Positions 1 through 12,414 of a stretch of DNA of 64,000 bases are shown piece after piece (within the stretch, counting starts at the first letter, position 1; every line of letters starts with the position of its first letter). The translations under genes were made by a program, and so were the position numbers. The notes under the pieces are model-generated. The model did not search any database. It was given only the letters and a program-made list of their open reading frames with translations, and was not told where the DNA came from. Source of the stretch: Octopus vulgaris (taxonomy: Eukaryota); NCBI GenBank assembly GCA_951406725.2, contig OX597818.1, positions 10,230,001 through 10,294,000 on the forward strand, written 5' to 3'.

Positions 1-366
1 TTGTAAGGCTTTGTTTCATACGTTCCAAGTAATATAAAACGTTGCTTTAATAACTCTCAAATTTTTGTGATGGTTGAAAAAAATTGAAAACGTGTGTCAT
101 ACTCATGTCTGCCTGAGAAATATATTCTTTGATTCAAAATGTGATACACAGGCCACGCACATATTTATAAAGGATACACGCTAGACATTTTAGTGAGATA
201 ACTCCCTCCTTACTTAAAAGAAAAAAAAGTGAAATGGCCATGAATAGAACAACTTTGATCATGTATCTACTAGACCTGGGGCTAGCAACAAGAACAATAA
301 TACATCAGTAGTTTCAGTAATAGAACTGGAATTGGAGAAACAGTGAAGACATGCTTCGAAAATCAT

Positions 367-426
<60 letters not shown>

Positions 427-429
427 CAT

Positions 430-905
430 ACCTGGTTCTATATCAAAGTGACCTTCTCCTGGAGACATGCTTTAACAAAGGCTAACGAGTGCCTCATTCC
501 GAGTGGTCATCCAGTATACTGGAAACCAATCCGAAATCTCTGAGGTCCCGTGCTGTTGTCAGATAGCCGTTGAACCTACACCAGGTTCCTCCGTCCTTTT
601 GACAGATTTTTGTTTCCAGACCTGCTGGGTTTCCAGCAATCCTTTTCACCAGGTAAGCCGGTGTAGTAGCAGAGAGTCCGATACTACAACAGGTTGTGTT
701 GGTTTCCATGTTAGCAATAACACCCGTGAAAGACCTCAAAAGTAAGCTCATATTGAACATTTTCGGCATCTTTTGCTTGCGCTTGAAATCATAGCGCTCG
801 CACGCGACAAATATTAGCAATGCATATCTTGCCCTGGCTTGCCACTGTATCATGCCTATAGGGTGAGACGATCTTTGGGGTTTTGTGCAAGCCGTATTGG
901 ATCTG
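430..905 (-). mobile_element. Degenerate Penelope-like element reverse transcriptase fragment
   Basis: Minus-strand translation across frameshifts gives PLE RT motifs in the expected order: YGLHKTPKIVSPYR (cf. YGLPKxHKxxxPxRP), SLLLRSFTGV (cf. SFDVxSLFTxV), CQKDG (cf. YxQxDG), WF/QY/LDD (cf. WFRYVDD). Confidence 0.55.
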
Positions 906-990
906 AAATTTTAGGTTGTGCAATTAATTCAGTTGAATTAATTACTTAAGTTGAAGCACCAAGACAGCTCGAAGTAAGGTGAATGTAGTG

Positions 991-1078
991 ATATAGTACG
1001 ACCGTTTCAAGCGACTCCATTTAATTGAACAATGCAATCATTACATCAATTTAAATGCAGGGATATCATCAGCTTCAT
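991..1078 (-). ncRNA. Type I hammerhead ribozyme motif with long stem II
   Basis: Minus strand: AUGAAG-CUGAUGA-[57 nt containing hairpin CAUUUAAAUUGA...UCAAUUAAAUG]-GAAA-CG-GU-CGU-A(17)-CUAUAU. Stem I has 5 of 6 pairs; GUA triplet; same strand as and ~90 bp upstream of the PLE RT remnant. Confidence 0.6.
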
Positions 1079-1398
1079 AAATAAAAATAATTTTTAATCA
1101 GTTGGACACATTAATATAATTTTTCTCAAATACTTTAACAGAACAACAAGATGGAAGAAATTCATGTTGTTGCTATTATAGCTAAGAATAGACTACACTT
1201 CCAAGAAAGGAATGAAGCCCACTGGGGTCATAGCTTGTAAAGGACTATGGTTCATTTCTAATTTATTTGTTTTTTATCAACTACTAAATCTAAGACTAGA
1301 CGACTGTGTCTGTTTGGAATGAAGGGATAGAGTGAGTTGACAGCTCATGGCTAGGTATGGTCATAAATATTGTCAAGACATTGGGAGTAGTAAGTTAC

Positions 1399-1431
<33 letters not shown>

Positions 1432-1433
<2 letters not shown>

Positions 1434-1867
1434 CGTTAATCCAAACATGAAAACACAAAGAGAAAACACAACAACGCGAGGAAATGGAACAAATATAGTA
1501 TTATTGGACGCTCAGGAAGGAAGGAAAGAAGGAGGGTTTAACGTTTCGAGCGGAGCTCTTCGTCAGAAACATAGGAAAAGGAAAGACCCAAAGAAGGGAA
1601 GACGGAGAAAAGAAATCGCCAACGGTACACACGTGGTCATACATGGTCTCTCTCTCACTTTTACTTGATCTGTCCCCTTCTCTCTCTTTTCTCTCTACTC
1701 ATCCTCTTTTTCTCTTCTCTTTCCTCTGATTCTTTGGTCTAATCTTCCCCTACCCTTCCATTTCTTTGTCTCGCTCTGCACTCACAGGTCAATCTTCGAC
1801 ACTCATCCCTTCTCCTCTCTGATTCCTTCTTTCTCTCTCTTCTCTCCCCTTTTTGCGTTTGTCCCTC

Positions 1868-1898
<31 letters not shown>

Positions 1899-2447
1899 TC
1901 TCTCTCTCTCTTCCTTCCTTTGCTTCTCTTTCTTTTCTTTTCTCTCTTCTCTGTCACGTGACCGCTGGCCGAAATCTGCCTTTCAGCTTCCCACCAGCGA
2001 CGTGTTAACATCGTTGTTTTTCGTCCGCCGCCAAGGCATCGCCGATAAGGCTCCTTTCCAATGCGCCAGAGAAAAATTTGTTTGCTTGTTATCAGTCGTA
2101 AGACACTTGTTGTTTTCACCGTTAATGCTTCTGTATTTCATGTTTCTGTATTCCATTATTGTTTTTTGCTTTTTTTATATTCGTCCCTTTTGCTGTCCCG
2201 GTGTTCGTATGCATTCGATCCTTCTTCCAGGAAATCTACGCTCCCAGCTTAGTTTTTCTAATGCTCGTTGCTTAGTTTTTCTTGGAGGGCTGGCCGTGAT
2301 CTAGTAATCTCAAGATTAATCAGCCGAAATTACTACGATGATCCGGTTCTTGACTGAAGACTGAGGGTTTCGAATGTCCTGTCCGTGTTTATTGTATCGT
2401 CTTCTAAGAGTTATACGTTCTTGTCCATGTTGTATTTTTCTACATAC

Positions 2448-2450
<3 letters not shown>
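1432..2450. mobile_element. Non-autonomous PLE-like (pseudo-LTR type) element between (TA)n tracts
   Basis: Flanked by (TA)n on both sides; HHR motif on minus strand at 1536-1570; CT-rich core; CUGAAGA...GUCCUGU motif at 2354-2383; related sequence at 3170-3352 and 29700-29742. Confidence 0.5.
1536..1570 (-). ncRNA. Minimal type I hammerhead ribozyme motif (PLE type)
   Basis: Minus strand GUUU-CUGACGA-A-GAGC-UCC-GCUC-GAAAC-GUU-AAAC: intact core, 4-bp stem II, loopless palindromic stem III (ACGU), 4-bp stem I. Confidence 0.7.
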
Positions 2451-2511
<61 letters not shown>

Positions 2512-3169
2512 CGCACAACCCATTGTGTCTTTCATTACACAAAAATGATATTGTATGATTTGAGGGATATTTGTTATTTACAATAGTTTGAGAGACCTTG
2601 TAGAGCAGTGATAGCGAAAATATGACACGAATATCAGACATGACACGATAATGAAGTTTGGAAAAAATACTTCTTCCTACAATATCATGTTAGAAAAGCT
2701 TTATACATAAAGATTTAGCTAAAACTAAAATGTTTGGATGACGTGTGAAAGTGCATGATTAAAGAAATCAAAATTGCATTACTCAAAAAGAACGAAACAT
2801 CACCATCACTAACCTAGAGATTTTCTCGATGGTTATAAAATTTGGTGACCATGAGTTCATACTGTCTGATAGAATGCCAGTCCTCTTACGCAAAATAAAG
2901 ACTTTTCCCGCAAAATACATAAACAGTTGATAGCGATTTATTCATAGATTTATTTTACAACTATTTGAGGATATTGGTGTTATAGCACTCATCCGCCAGC
3001 CCCCACCTTCTCGTCTCTCGCTCTCACCACGCGTGTACCTTTTGTAGCTATTACTTCATTCCTTCTATCTAGTCATCTGTCTATCAATTAGATCTTTCTG
3101 CCTATTTTCCGTTCAATATATATATGTATGAACATACACATACTTTTACACACACACACACATAACCAT

Positions 3170-3352
3170 AGACGTGTTTTCTTTGCGTGGGACTATTTAC
3201 CTTCTTTCCAGACCTTTCCTCTCTCCTCTCTCTAACAAAATGTTATGCACCCTTTCTTTCCATCTTTAACTGAGCGTCAAACTAATACATTCCATGCATA
3301 CGTCCAGTGAATTTTGGGCCACTTGTTTTTATCTCTATATTCGATTTGCGTA
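3170..3352 (+). mobile_element. Diverged copy of the 1432-1640 HHR-bearing module (ribozyme decayed)
   Basis: CTGAGCGTCAAACTAATAC matches CTGAGCGTCCAATAATAC of the 1432-1640 reverse complement; ends at TA repeat. Confidence 0.4.
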
Positions 3353-3388
3353 TATACATACATACATATAGATAGGTAGATATGTATG

Positions 3389-3456
<68 letters not shown>

Positions 3457-3480
3457 AATGTATGAATGTATTTACATGTA

Positions 3481-3846
3481 TTCTTTTATTCTTTTATTTG
3501 TTTCAGTCATTTGACTGTGGGCACGCTGGACCACTGCCTTTTGTCTTACAAATGGACCCCTCCCCCCGAACGTATTCTTTGTAAGCCTAGTACTTGTTCT
3601 ATCCGTCTCTTTGCCAGTTATGGGGACGTAAACACACCAGTATCAGTTGTTAAGCGATGGTGGGGGGACAAACTCAGACACACACATGTATTTATATATA
3701 TATATACGACGGGATTCTTTCAGTTTCTGTCTACCAAATCTACTCACAAGGTTATAGTAGAAGACCAAGGTGTCACGCAGTGGGACTGGATCTGGAGCCA
3801 TGTGGACAGTAAGCAAACTACTTACCACACAGCCACGCCTGCGCCT
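3481..3846 (-). mobile_element. tRNA-derived SINE, family A (octopus CORE-type)
   Basis: Reverse complement of the 7341-7735 copy; A-box TGGCTGTGTGG; tail TGACTGAAACAAATAAAAGAAT. Confidence 0.85.
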
Positions 3847-3870
3847 ATATGTGTATATATGTGTGTATAT

Positions 3871-4102
3871 AGGCGGCGAGCTGGCAGAAACGTTAGCACG
3901 CCGGGCGACCTGCGTAGCCGTATTTCGTCTGTCGTTACGTTCCGAGTTCAAATTCCGCCGAGGTCGACTTTGCCTTTCATCCTTTCGGGGTCGATAAATT
4001 AAGTACCAGTTACGCACTGGGGTCGATGTAATCGACTTAATCCCTTTGTCTGTCCTTGTTTGTCCCCTCTGTGTTTAGCCCCTTGTGGGTAGTAAAGAAA
4101 TA
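3871..4102 (+). mobile_element. tRNA-derived SINE, family B (tail type 1)
   Basis: GGCGGCGAGCTGGCAGAAACGTTAG head, B-box GAGTTCAAATTCC, body GCCTTTCATCCTTTCGGGGTCGATAAATTAAGTACC; multiple copies in window. Confidence 0.85.
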
Positions 4103-4126
4103 TATATGTGTATATATGTGTGTGCT

Positions 4127-4759
4127 TGTTCCCGGGTGTTATGACTCACAGCCACATTGTATTATTTGTTCCTTTCTTATGGGTAGAATCGGCACACGAG
4201 GAATATGATGCAAACCACTCTTCTTTATAAACTCTTTATCTTTTATTAAACTTTTAATACTTTTTATATAAAAAAATTTTTTTTTTAAATAAATAAATAA
4301 ATTAATTAATTAATAAATAAAATAATATATAAATATAAAAATATACATACATACATATATATATATATATATTTGTATATATATAAATAATTTATAAGTT
4401 TAAATTATTTAAATAATTATTTATTTTTAACTTTTATATTTTTAAATTAATTTTATGTATTGGCTTATGTTTTCCACTGTTTGATTTGCCTAATAGTGGT
4501 TTTATCTCTAATTTAATATAATATAATATATTTATACTATAAAATTGGATTTAATCCTCAATCTAATTTTTCCCTGTAAGTTTGGATTTTTTCCCTAATA
4601 TTATTATTATTATTATATATATATACATATACATACACTAGCAAAGCCCCCGGTGTTCCCGGGTGTTATGACTCACAGCCACATTATATTATTTGTTCCT
4701 TTTTTATGGGTAGAATCGGCACACGAGGAATATGATGCAAACCACTCTTCTTTATAAAC
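4127..4759. repeat. 106-bp direct duplication (4127-4232 / 4654-4759) around an AT-rich insert
   Basis: The two copies differ at 2 positions. Confidence 0.9.
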
Positions 4760-4775
4760 ATGTTTTTCTTATGAA
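4638..4775 (-). mobile_element. Helitron-type 3' terminus
   Basis: CTAG at 4638-4641 followed by T on the minus strand, with GC hairpin CCCGG-TGTTC-CCGGG 7 nt inside (4649-4663). Confidence 0.55.
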
Positions 4776-4785
4776 CAACGCTGCA

Positions 4786-4938
4786 TTTTCCGTCTACCAA
4801 ATTCTGCCACACGTTTGTGGTTAGCCCTGGGACAGAGTAGAACTCGCCCGAAGTGCCATAGAGATGGACTGAACGTGGAACCATGTGGTTGGAGGCATAC
4901 TTCTTAACCCTCAACCACACAGTCATTCTTGGACCTAA
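4786..4938 (-). mobile_element. Diverged SINE family A, 5' half
   Basis: TTTCCGTCTACCAAA...GGAACCATGTGGTTGG homology to other copies. Confidence 0.65.
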
Positions 4939-4947
4939 TATGTATGT

Positions 4948-4985
<38 letters not shown>

Positions 4986-5867
4986 TGTTTACATTTGTTG
5001 TTAATTCCAATATTGTATCCCACTTTGTCCCAACGTTAGTATTTCTTCCAGCAGATATCTATAAATTAAATGCTAGATTGATATACGTACTGAAGTCAGC
5101 ATGATCAATTAAATTTTTGAAGGGATACCCCATCATGTCGATAGTCACTTGAAATTTACGGTAAGAGATTACTAACCACAAGATAACGAGTTCAAAACTT
5201 CGTATTGAACTTCCACTCTATATGATAACACTATATACTACAAATAGCAGCCAAATCTCTCTTAAAATATACTGTAAATCTGTGTCTTTCATCAAAAGAA
5301 AGACACAGATTTTATATTTCAGGAAGAAGAAAAAAAGTATGCAAAGGGTCTGCTATATCAGATGCAACTCCGGGTTAAACAAGCAGCATACTTCACATTA
5401 AAAGATTATCTACTAAATAATTTTTATAAAGTTGACGGTATAGCTTTGAAGTTTCATTACCTGGTAAAACTCTATGTATTTTAAACAATTTCTTAATATA
5501 CCCTAAGACAAAGATTGTTCAGCCAGAGTTGCCTCCCTCAGCTAAATACCCCATAATTGTGCGACTCGTCCTCTGGTTTACGAGGTTATTCTTGTAGTAA
5601 AAAAGAGTTGTGCAAAAACCATACTTTATTTGGTAGTCCGAACATTACTGAATCCTTTGATACCCGATACATCAAAATCGGCAACTCAGTTTTCGAATGC
5701 CTAAAGAACAAACGCACGCACGTAGACACACACAAACTCTGTTTTAATGTGTGTGTGTGTGTGTGTGTGTGTGGCAAGAAAAATTCAATGTAAATATCAA
5801 TATATATGTATATATATATTTACTTGAAATGGATACATGGTGTTCACTTCAAAAATAATATAGATGT

Positions 5868-5904
<37 letters not shown>

Positions 5905-5905
<1 letters not shown>

Positions 5906-6440
5906 CGACTGCTCTATACTGTTTTCTCCCCCATCGTTTTCTCTAATTCCCTTTTTCTCCCCTTCACCGTTTTCTATCTATCTATCTCTCCCTCTTTCTC
6001 CTTTTCTCTCTCTCTCGTTGCTCACTCGTGACCATCGTCCATCTTTTCCTCACGTGATCATCTTTCTTTTCTTTCAAGACTGTTCTAAGGACTGGACGTA
6101 TCCTATTTCTCACTTCTACCCTTTCTCTTGTCAAAGAAAATATTTCTCCAGCGTTGGCTGTTTTATCCTGATTCTGGTCCAACGACCCTCCATGTCTGTT
6201 TTCGTCCGGTTTGATATTCCATAAATCCCAAATTTTATTTTGGTATTTATGGGAGTAACTGTCTTCGAAGACTCATATTGTCGTTTAATGCTCGAAATGA
6301 GATGTAAATAGACAGCCGACAACTGATGAAGGGTCGTTCTTTATGTTACTTGTCCTGTTTTCCATTTGCTTCTCTTGTTTGCGTATTGAACTCATTTGTT
6401 TTCGTATTTCATGCTTACAGTTGGTGACGTATTATACCTA
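5905..6440 (+). mobile_element. PLE-like non-coding module with CUGAUGA...GUCCUGU motif
   Basis: Same layout as 1650-2450 (CT-rich, CACGTGA, CTGATGAAGGG at 6323, TGTCCTGT, T-rich end at TA repeat). Confidence 0.4.
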
Positions 6441-6461
6441 TATATGTATATGTACACATGC

Positions 6462-6574
<113 letters not shown>

Positions 6575-6583
6575 TATATATAA

Positions 6584-6671
<88 letters not shown>

Positions 6672-6765
6672 GTACTGGGAGGATAAGAGACGGAACGAAG
6701 CGAAAATTCGAAAATTCGAACGAACCCGACGCGAAGCGCTGTCAGACGATAGTGTAATAAATAAA

Positions 6766-7250
6766 ATATATGCATACATACAAACATATATGTACGTACC
6801 GACATCTACATGTATATATACATGCATATATAAATATATATACGTACAGGACACCACAAAAAGACGTAAAACTCAACAGAAACGAAAACGGAAAAGCCAT
6901 TTTGTTACAACAGAAAGACAGAGACGTGGAACAGGACGAGAACGAATTGACGAGTCGTGTCCTGTCTTGCCTTCGAAACACGCTAAGTCTACTAGTGACA
7001 GCTGATGAAGGGAATTTTTCCTTGTGTAGCATGTCCTGTACCTTGTTTTTCTGTTGTAAATAATGTTTTTCCCGTTTTCGTTCTCGTTCTATTCCACGTC
7101 TCTGTCTTTCTGTTGTAACAAAATGGCTTTTCCGTTTTCGTTTCTGTTGAGTTTTACGTCTTTTTGTGGTGTCCTGTACGTATATATATATTTATATATG
7201 CATGTATATATACATGTAGATGTCGGTACATATATATATGTTTGTATGTA

Positions 7251-7258
<8 letters not shown>
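6766..7258. repeat. Long near-perfect inverted repeat (~180-bp arms, ~6766-6946 / ~7077-7258)
   Basis: Arms read as reverse complements with only a few differences; spacer holds a CUGAUGA hammerhead-like motif (6998-7039); embedded in (TA)n. Confidence 0.9.
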
Positions 7259-7340
<82 letters not shown>

Positions 7341-7342
<2 letters not shown>

Positions 7343-7735
7343 CGCATGAGTGGCTGTGTGGTAAGTAGCTTGCTAACCAACCACATGGTTCCGGGTTCAG
7401 TCCCACTGCGTGGCATCTTGGGCAAGTGTCTTCTGCTATAGCCCCGGGCCGACCAATGCCTTGTGAGTGGATTTGGTAGACGGAAACTGAAAGAAGCCCG
7501 TCGTATATATGTATATATATGTGTGTGTGTTTGTGTGTCTGTGTTTGTCCCCCTAGCATTGCTTGACAGCCGATGCTGGTGTGTTTACGTCACTTAGCGG
7601 TTCGGCAAAAAAGAGAACGATAGAATAAGTACTGGGCTTACAAAGAATAAGTCCCGAGGTCGATTTGCTCGACTAGAGGCGGTGCTCCAGCATGGCCGCA
7701 GTCAAATGACTGAAATAAGTAAAAGGGTAAAAGAG
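7341..7735 (+). mobile_element. tRNA-derived SINE, family A, full length
   Basis: A-box TGGCTGTGTGG, B-box GGTTCAGTCCC, CORE-like TCTTGGGCAAGTGTCTT, internal TA/TG microsatellite, terminal hairpin CAGTCA-AA-TGACTG and A-rich tail. Confidence 0.9.
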
Positions 7736-7910
7736 TATATATATATATCCGCAATTAAACCAGAACAGGATTAGTTGGCCCTTTCCAAGGCCAAGGCCAG
7801 CCCTCTCATTTGTTGCTTGCTGTAGTAAACACAGCTGACCTCTGCTGACCGCAAGGGTGTGTCGCTTCTTTTGCTACCTCATCGCACTACTACTGCTGCT
7901 CCTGTGACTA

Positions 7911-7963
<53 letters not shown>

Positions 7964-9397
7964 GCTGCTGCTACTGCCCCTGCTGCCACTGCTACTAATA
8001 ATAACAATGATAATAGTGATTTGCCTGGAGACAAACAGACACATACGACAGCATTTACATCACGCTGACAGAACATATACGATTCCATTACCCCTTCTAC
8101 CACCACCGCCGCCAACGCCATCGCCATCCTACTGGAAATAGCTCGGAGAATGCATGATGGTTCTGTCTTTTGTCTCCCTTCTCTGTCTCTCTTTGGCTGT
8201 CAATTCAATATCTGCCTCTTTCTGCAATGCTACATGAATTCTGTCGGCCTGTCATTTGACACCTTCCAAGCGGCAGGTCATGACATGAACTAATTTAAAA
8301 CTTCTCAAAATAAAATCCTATCCACCCGGAAAATGATGATGCCTGCGACCTCTGAATGTTACTCAAGGAACCAGACCACTGGTTAACCCTGTTTGCTTAT
8401 AGCACGTCCCTGAATACCAACCATGAAAATACCCACTAGAACCCGTGTCGTTCGAAGAAAGCGTTGACAAGTGACCTTAAATTCTCACATTGAGCTCGAA
8501 AAGTCTTTAAATCAGGACCAACCTCCTCAACAATCTGTTGCATATCAAACCAGGAATATTCTCGAAATTGACGCTCAGGACCAACTACCAAACCTATCTC
8601 AAAGAAATCGGGATATAGCTTTTTGATTTTTCTTTTTTTTTGATTCGCAAAAATGCATTTTTAAGAGGAAATAAAAAATCTGAAAATTGGCTATAATAAT
8701 GTAGACTTCCAGTCTCATTGCTATGAAGGTATTATGTTGAGGAGAAAAAAATTGGTGGAAAGAGTTACAGAGGTTTAAAGATAGTCAAAACCATGACAGA
8801 AATTTTCTGCGGTTATCGGAGCGGTTTCAACTTTAAGTTTGTACTCTGTGAAATTTATGGTTTAGTGTCGGTGACATGACCTGTTCATTGTAGGTTTCTA
8901 AATAAACAGAAATAACTAATAAAATCAACATGTATCATCTTACTGTTTCTTTTGTCTCTTCATTGATTGTATGTTATATTAATTGTTACATTAATATATT
9001 TGTATGCGTGTGTTTACTTTATGCGTATTTCGGTTTTTATGTATACCTATGATGTATTTGTGTACATCATTAATATAAAAGTGCATGTGCATGTATGTAT
9101 TCATATATAAATTTATATGTACATTTATGCATTCAAGCGTGTGCATGTGTGTGTGTGTGAAGGGGGCGTCAGTCTCCAAAACTCTAAAGTTGAGTAACGT
9201 TTTCATGCTTGGATTTGTAAACTACGATAAGAATAACACTGGTCAGCAAAGAATTTGCCCCAAGGAGAAGAATACCTGTATCTTATATGTTTTTGCATGC
9301 AGAATTCAAAAATAATGTCGAATTATCAGTATCACCCATTGTTTCTCTGTTCCACGATATCCCTGTCACTTCCTGTTACGTGGGCTAAATTTCAGTG

Positions 9398-9559
9398 GTG
9401 CACATATGGTTGTGATGCATGTGCCTAGTGTACCCTTATCAGACGGGTAGTCATGATGGGTATGCTGGACTTCATATATTTTATCCCAGTGTCACTTTGA
9501 TGGCATGTACTGGTCTCTCGCTCAATAATAATGATGATGATGATGATAATGATAATAAT

Positions 9560-9595
<36 letters not shown>

Positions 9596-9614
9596 AATAA
9601 TAATAATAATAATG

Positions 9615-9690
<76 letters not shown>
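9398..9690 (+). mobile_element. 5'-truncated copy of a (TAA)n-tailed retroelement 3' end plus tail
   Basis: 9398-9525 matches 23132-23260; followed by long (TAA/CAA/TGA)n. Confidence 0.7.
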
Positions 9691-9696
9691 TACTTT

Positions 9697-9903
9697 CTAC
9701 AATAGGCATATGGCCTGAAATTTGGGAGAGGGGAATAGTCGATTACATCGACCCCAGTACACAACTTGTTCTTATTTTATCGAGCCCGAAGGATGAAAGG
9801 CAAAATCGACCTCGACGAAACTTGAACTCAGACCGTAAGGAAGGACGAAATGCCGCTAAGCATTAAGGACAGCGTGCTAACGACTCTGCCAGCTCGCCGC
9901 CTC
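9697..9903 (-). mobile_element. SINE family B (tail type 2)
   Basis: Reverse complement of the family B head and body. Confidence 0.85.
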
Positions 9904-9911
9904 AATACTAC

Positions 9912-9951
<40 letters not shown>

Positions 9952-9952
9952 T

Positions 9953-10985
9953 AATTCTCTTTTTGGCCGTAATGGCTAATATAAAGATATATTAAAGGAT
10001 ATGACAGGACGATACAAAGGGTTTTAAAACGTGTAAGTAAAATGACAAGGACAAAACAAATAAAAAGTAGGCGGAGAGAGCTTTAATGCGACTCGTAGAA
10101 AAACCTACAAAGCTACAGGTACCTGATTAACGGGGCAAGAACCCTTCTCCTTTAATTTCCTTTTTTACAGCTGTATGCGCGGATATGTTCTTTTCACACA
10201 GGCTATTCTTCCGATATTCACCCACCTTCCAGCAAACTTGCTAGAAGACAACACTTCACTCTCCAACCTCACTTTTCTTTTCAAGTGTTACTTGAAAAAG
10301 TTGATAAGCGTTTGGTCAAAGAGGAAAGTGACTTTCAAACGAGTCCACTATACTACTTCTTTTGCTACAGCCAGTAGAAAAATGAAAATTGCCTTCCCCT
10401 CCCGGTTAAAGGCGGCCGGCGGGGCAATTTTCACAATGGATTCAGCTAATAACCGGATCCGCCCTACACGCGACAGCAGCTGTTTGACATAAACTCACAG
10501 GATAGCTATGTTCGGGCACTGAACGAGTGCATGCAGAACGGTTTCGTCGCTCCGAGCGCACCACGGGCAGGCCCGACTGATGGCACTTCTGTGCCTGTAA
10601 AGTTTATCTCGAATAGGCAGCGCCCCTCGGTAGCACTACCAGGTGAGGGATTTCTGGAAGTTATCCATAGGCCCCGGTCCGAAAGTGCTCCGAAACATAC
10701 CAGTAAGTTGATCCTCATCGACGCCTAGAGTTTCCCCGAGAACTTTCCTCCACTAACCTTCTATAGAACGCTAGAGTGGAACTACAACCGATTGCATCGC
10801 CCGCCTGGCCGAGGGCTGTGAGCGCTTGACAGCACTCGAAGTGCCAAGCGCTCTTCCTCGGTCTACGCTAAATCCAGGATTGCAGCTCAGTCAAAAAGAG
10901 GAGCTGTGGAAGAGCGTGTTTGACACACGGCGACCACACCTGCTCACCGTCCAGGGAATGCTGGAGATGCCGTAGTATGAGTGCA
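9953..10985 (-). mobile_element. L1/Tx1-clade LINE, 3' end of ORF2 (pseudogenised)
   Basis: Minus-strand translation W*CYRGALPIRDKLYRHRSAISRACPWCARSDETVLHALVQC (CCHC zf-RVT motif) then ...VAKEVV*WTRLK...; stops present; (TTA)n tail at 9912-9950. Confidence 0.8.
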
Positions 10986-11117
10986 GAATGATAATAACAA
11001 TAATTTCATTTATTTTTCACCGGAGCTAAGGACGAGGGGAGCAATTCAAAGACAGACACAAAGTATGGGTTTTTACATATAATGAAATGATAAAATAGAT
11101 AAATAAATATGAGGAGA

Positions 11118-11358
11118 GTAGACGTGGTACCAATAGTAATTGGTGTACTTGGAAGTATCAGCACTCAGCAACTAAAACGATTGGTACAAATGTAAAGATA
11201 GAACGCCTACAAAAATCATCATTGATTGGAACTGCAAGAATTCTTCGCAAGGTTTTTTAACCATGACCAGTAAACAAGTGTCACCTTAGTCTACTGGCTG
11301 TGGACACATTCCATCATACTCAGCAAAATAAGCAGTGAATTTTCATCAAATAATAATA
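11118..11358 (+). mobile_element. R4/Dong-type (RLE) non-LTR retrotransposon 3' end
   Basis: VVPIVIGVLGSI...LQKSSLIGTARILRKVF* matches the C-terminus of RLE-type ORFs; short 3' UTR ending in TAA repeats. Confidence 0.7.
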
Positions 11359-11362
11359 ACAA

Positions 11363-11560
11363 TGGTTTCTCGGTTAGGCATAAAGCCAACATTTTGATGG
11401 GTGGGGTAATCGGCAATTAATCCGCCCTAGTGCTTCACTAGTACTTTATTTTTCAACCCTGTATGTGTGAAAGTCTAATTTGACCTCGATGGGATTAGAA
11501 CTCAGATACATAGAACTGAAAAGGGATACCACGTGGCCTTTTGTCCACAACACAAACGAT
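11363..11560 (-). mobile_element. Diverged SINE family B
   Basis: TAGTACTTTATTTTTCAACCC...TTGACCTCG...GAACTCAG homology. Confidence 0.5.
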
Positions 11561-12110
11561 TCTACCAATTCACCAAGAAGATTGAAGAGGAAAAAAAGGA
11601 ACAAGGGCAGGAGGAGGAGGAAGATAAAGGGGGAGAATTATCATGTTGAGTATGATGACAACATTGATGATAATTGTGATGGTGCGATGACATTGATAAT
11701 GTTGGTAATAAGGAAATGGAGGAACAGAGGGAAGGTAAGGAGATGGAGGAGGTGGAGGAGGAGAAGGAGAAGGGGAGGAAGTTTGACAAATCTGATGAAC
11801 TTTTCAACTTTCATAAATGACTTTTCATGAATGCTTGTTGATCAACAATTAGATAATTGTGAAAGTAATCAGTAAGAGATTTCAAAAGGCTTCCATACAC
11901 GCATACTCACGTACAGACAGACTGACACAGAGATACACACGCGCGCTCACTGAGTTGCACATTCATACATACATGCATTCAGAAACATGTGTGCGGGAGT
12001 TTACCCGAATTTTAACCTTCGTACACACTCATAATATATACATACATTCACACATACGTGTGCACACACACACATACATACAAGCAACATATGCCTATAT
12101 AAACACGCAT

Positions 12111-12147
<37 letters not shown>

Positions 12148-12383
12148 CTTAAATAGATACACACGCTTACATGCATACATGCACATATAAACAAGCATAC
12201 ATACATAAAAACATACACACGCTTATATAGTTAAATGCATATAAGCACACACGCTTACATACATACACACATAGATACACACACATACATCCATACATAC
12301 ATATAAATACACGCGTATATACGTACGTACATACATACATACATACATGCATACATACATACATGCATACATACATACATACA

Positions 12384-12414
<31 letters not shown>

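Noticed and set aside
7341-7410. tRNA-like A/B boxes as tRNA genes
   Set aside because: They are SINE heads continuing into SINE bodies; no full cloverleaf.
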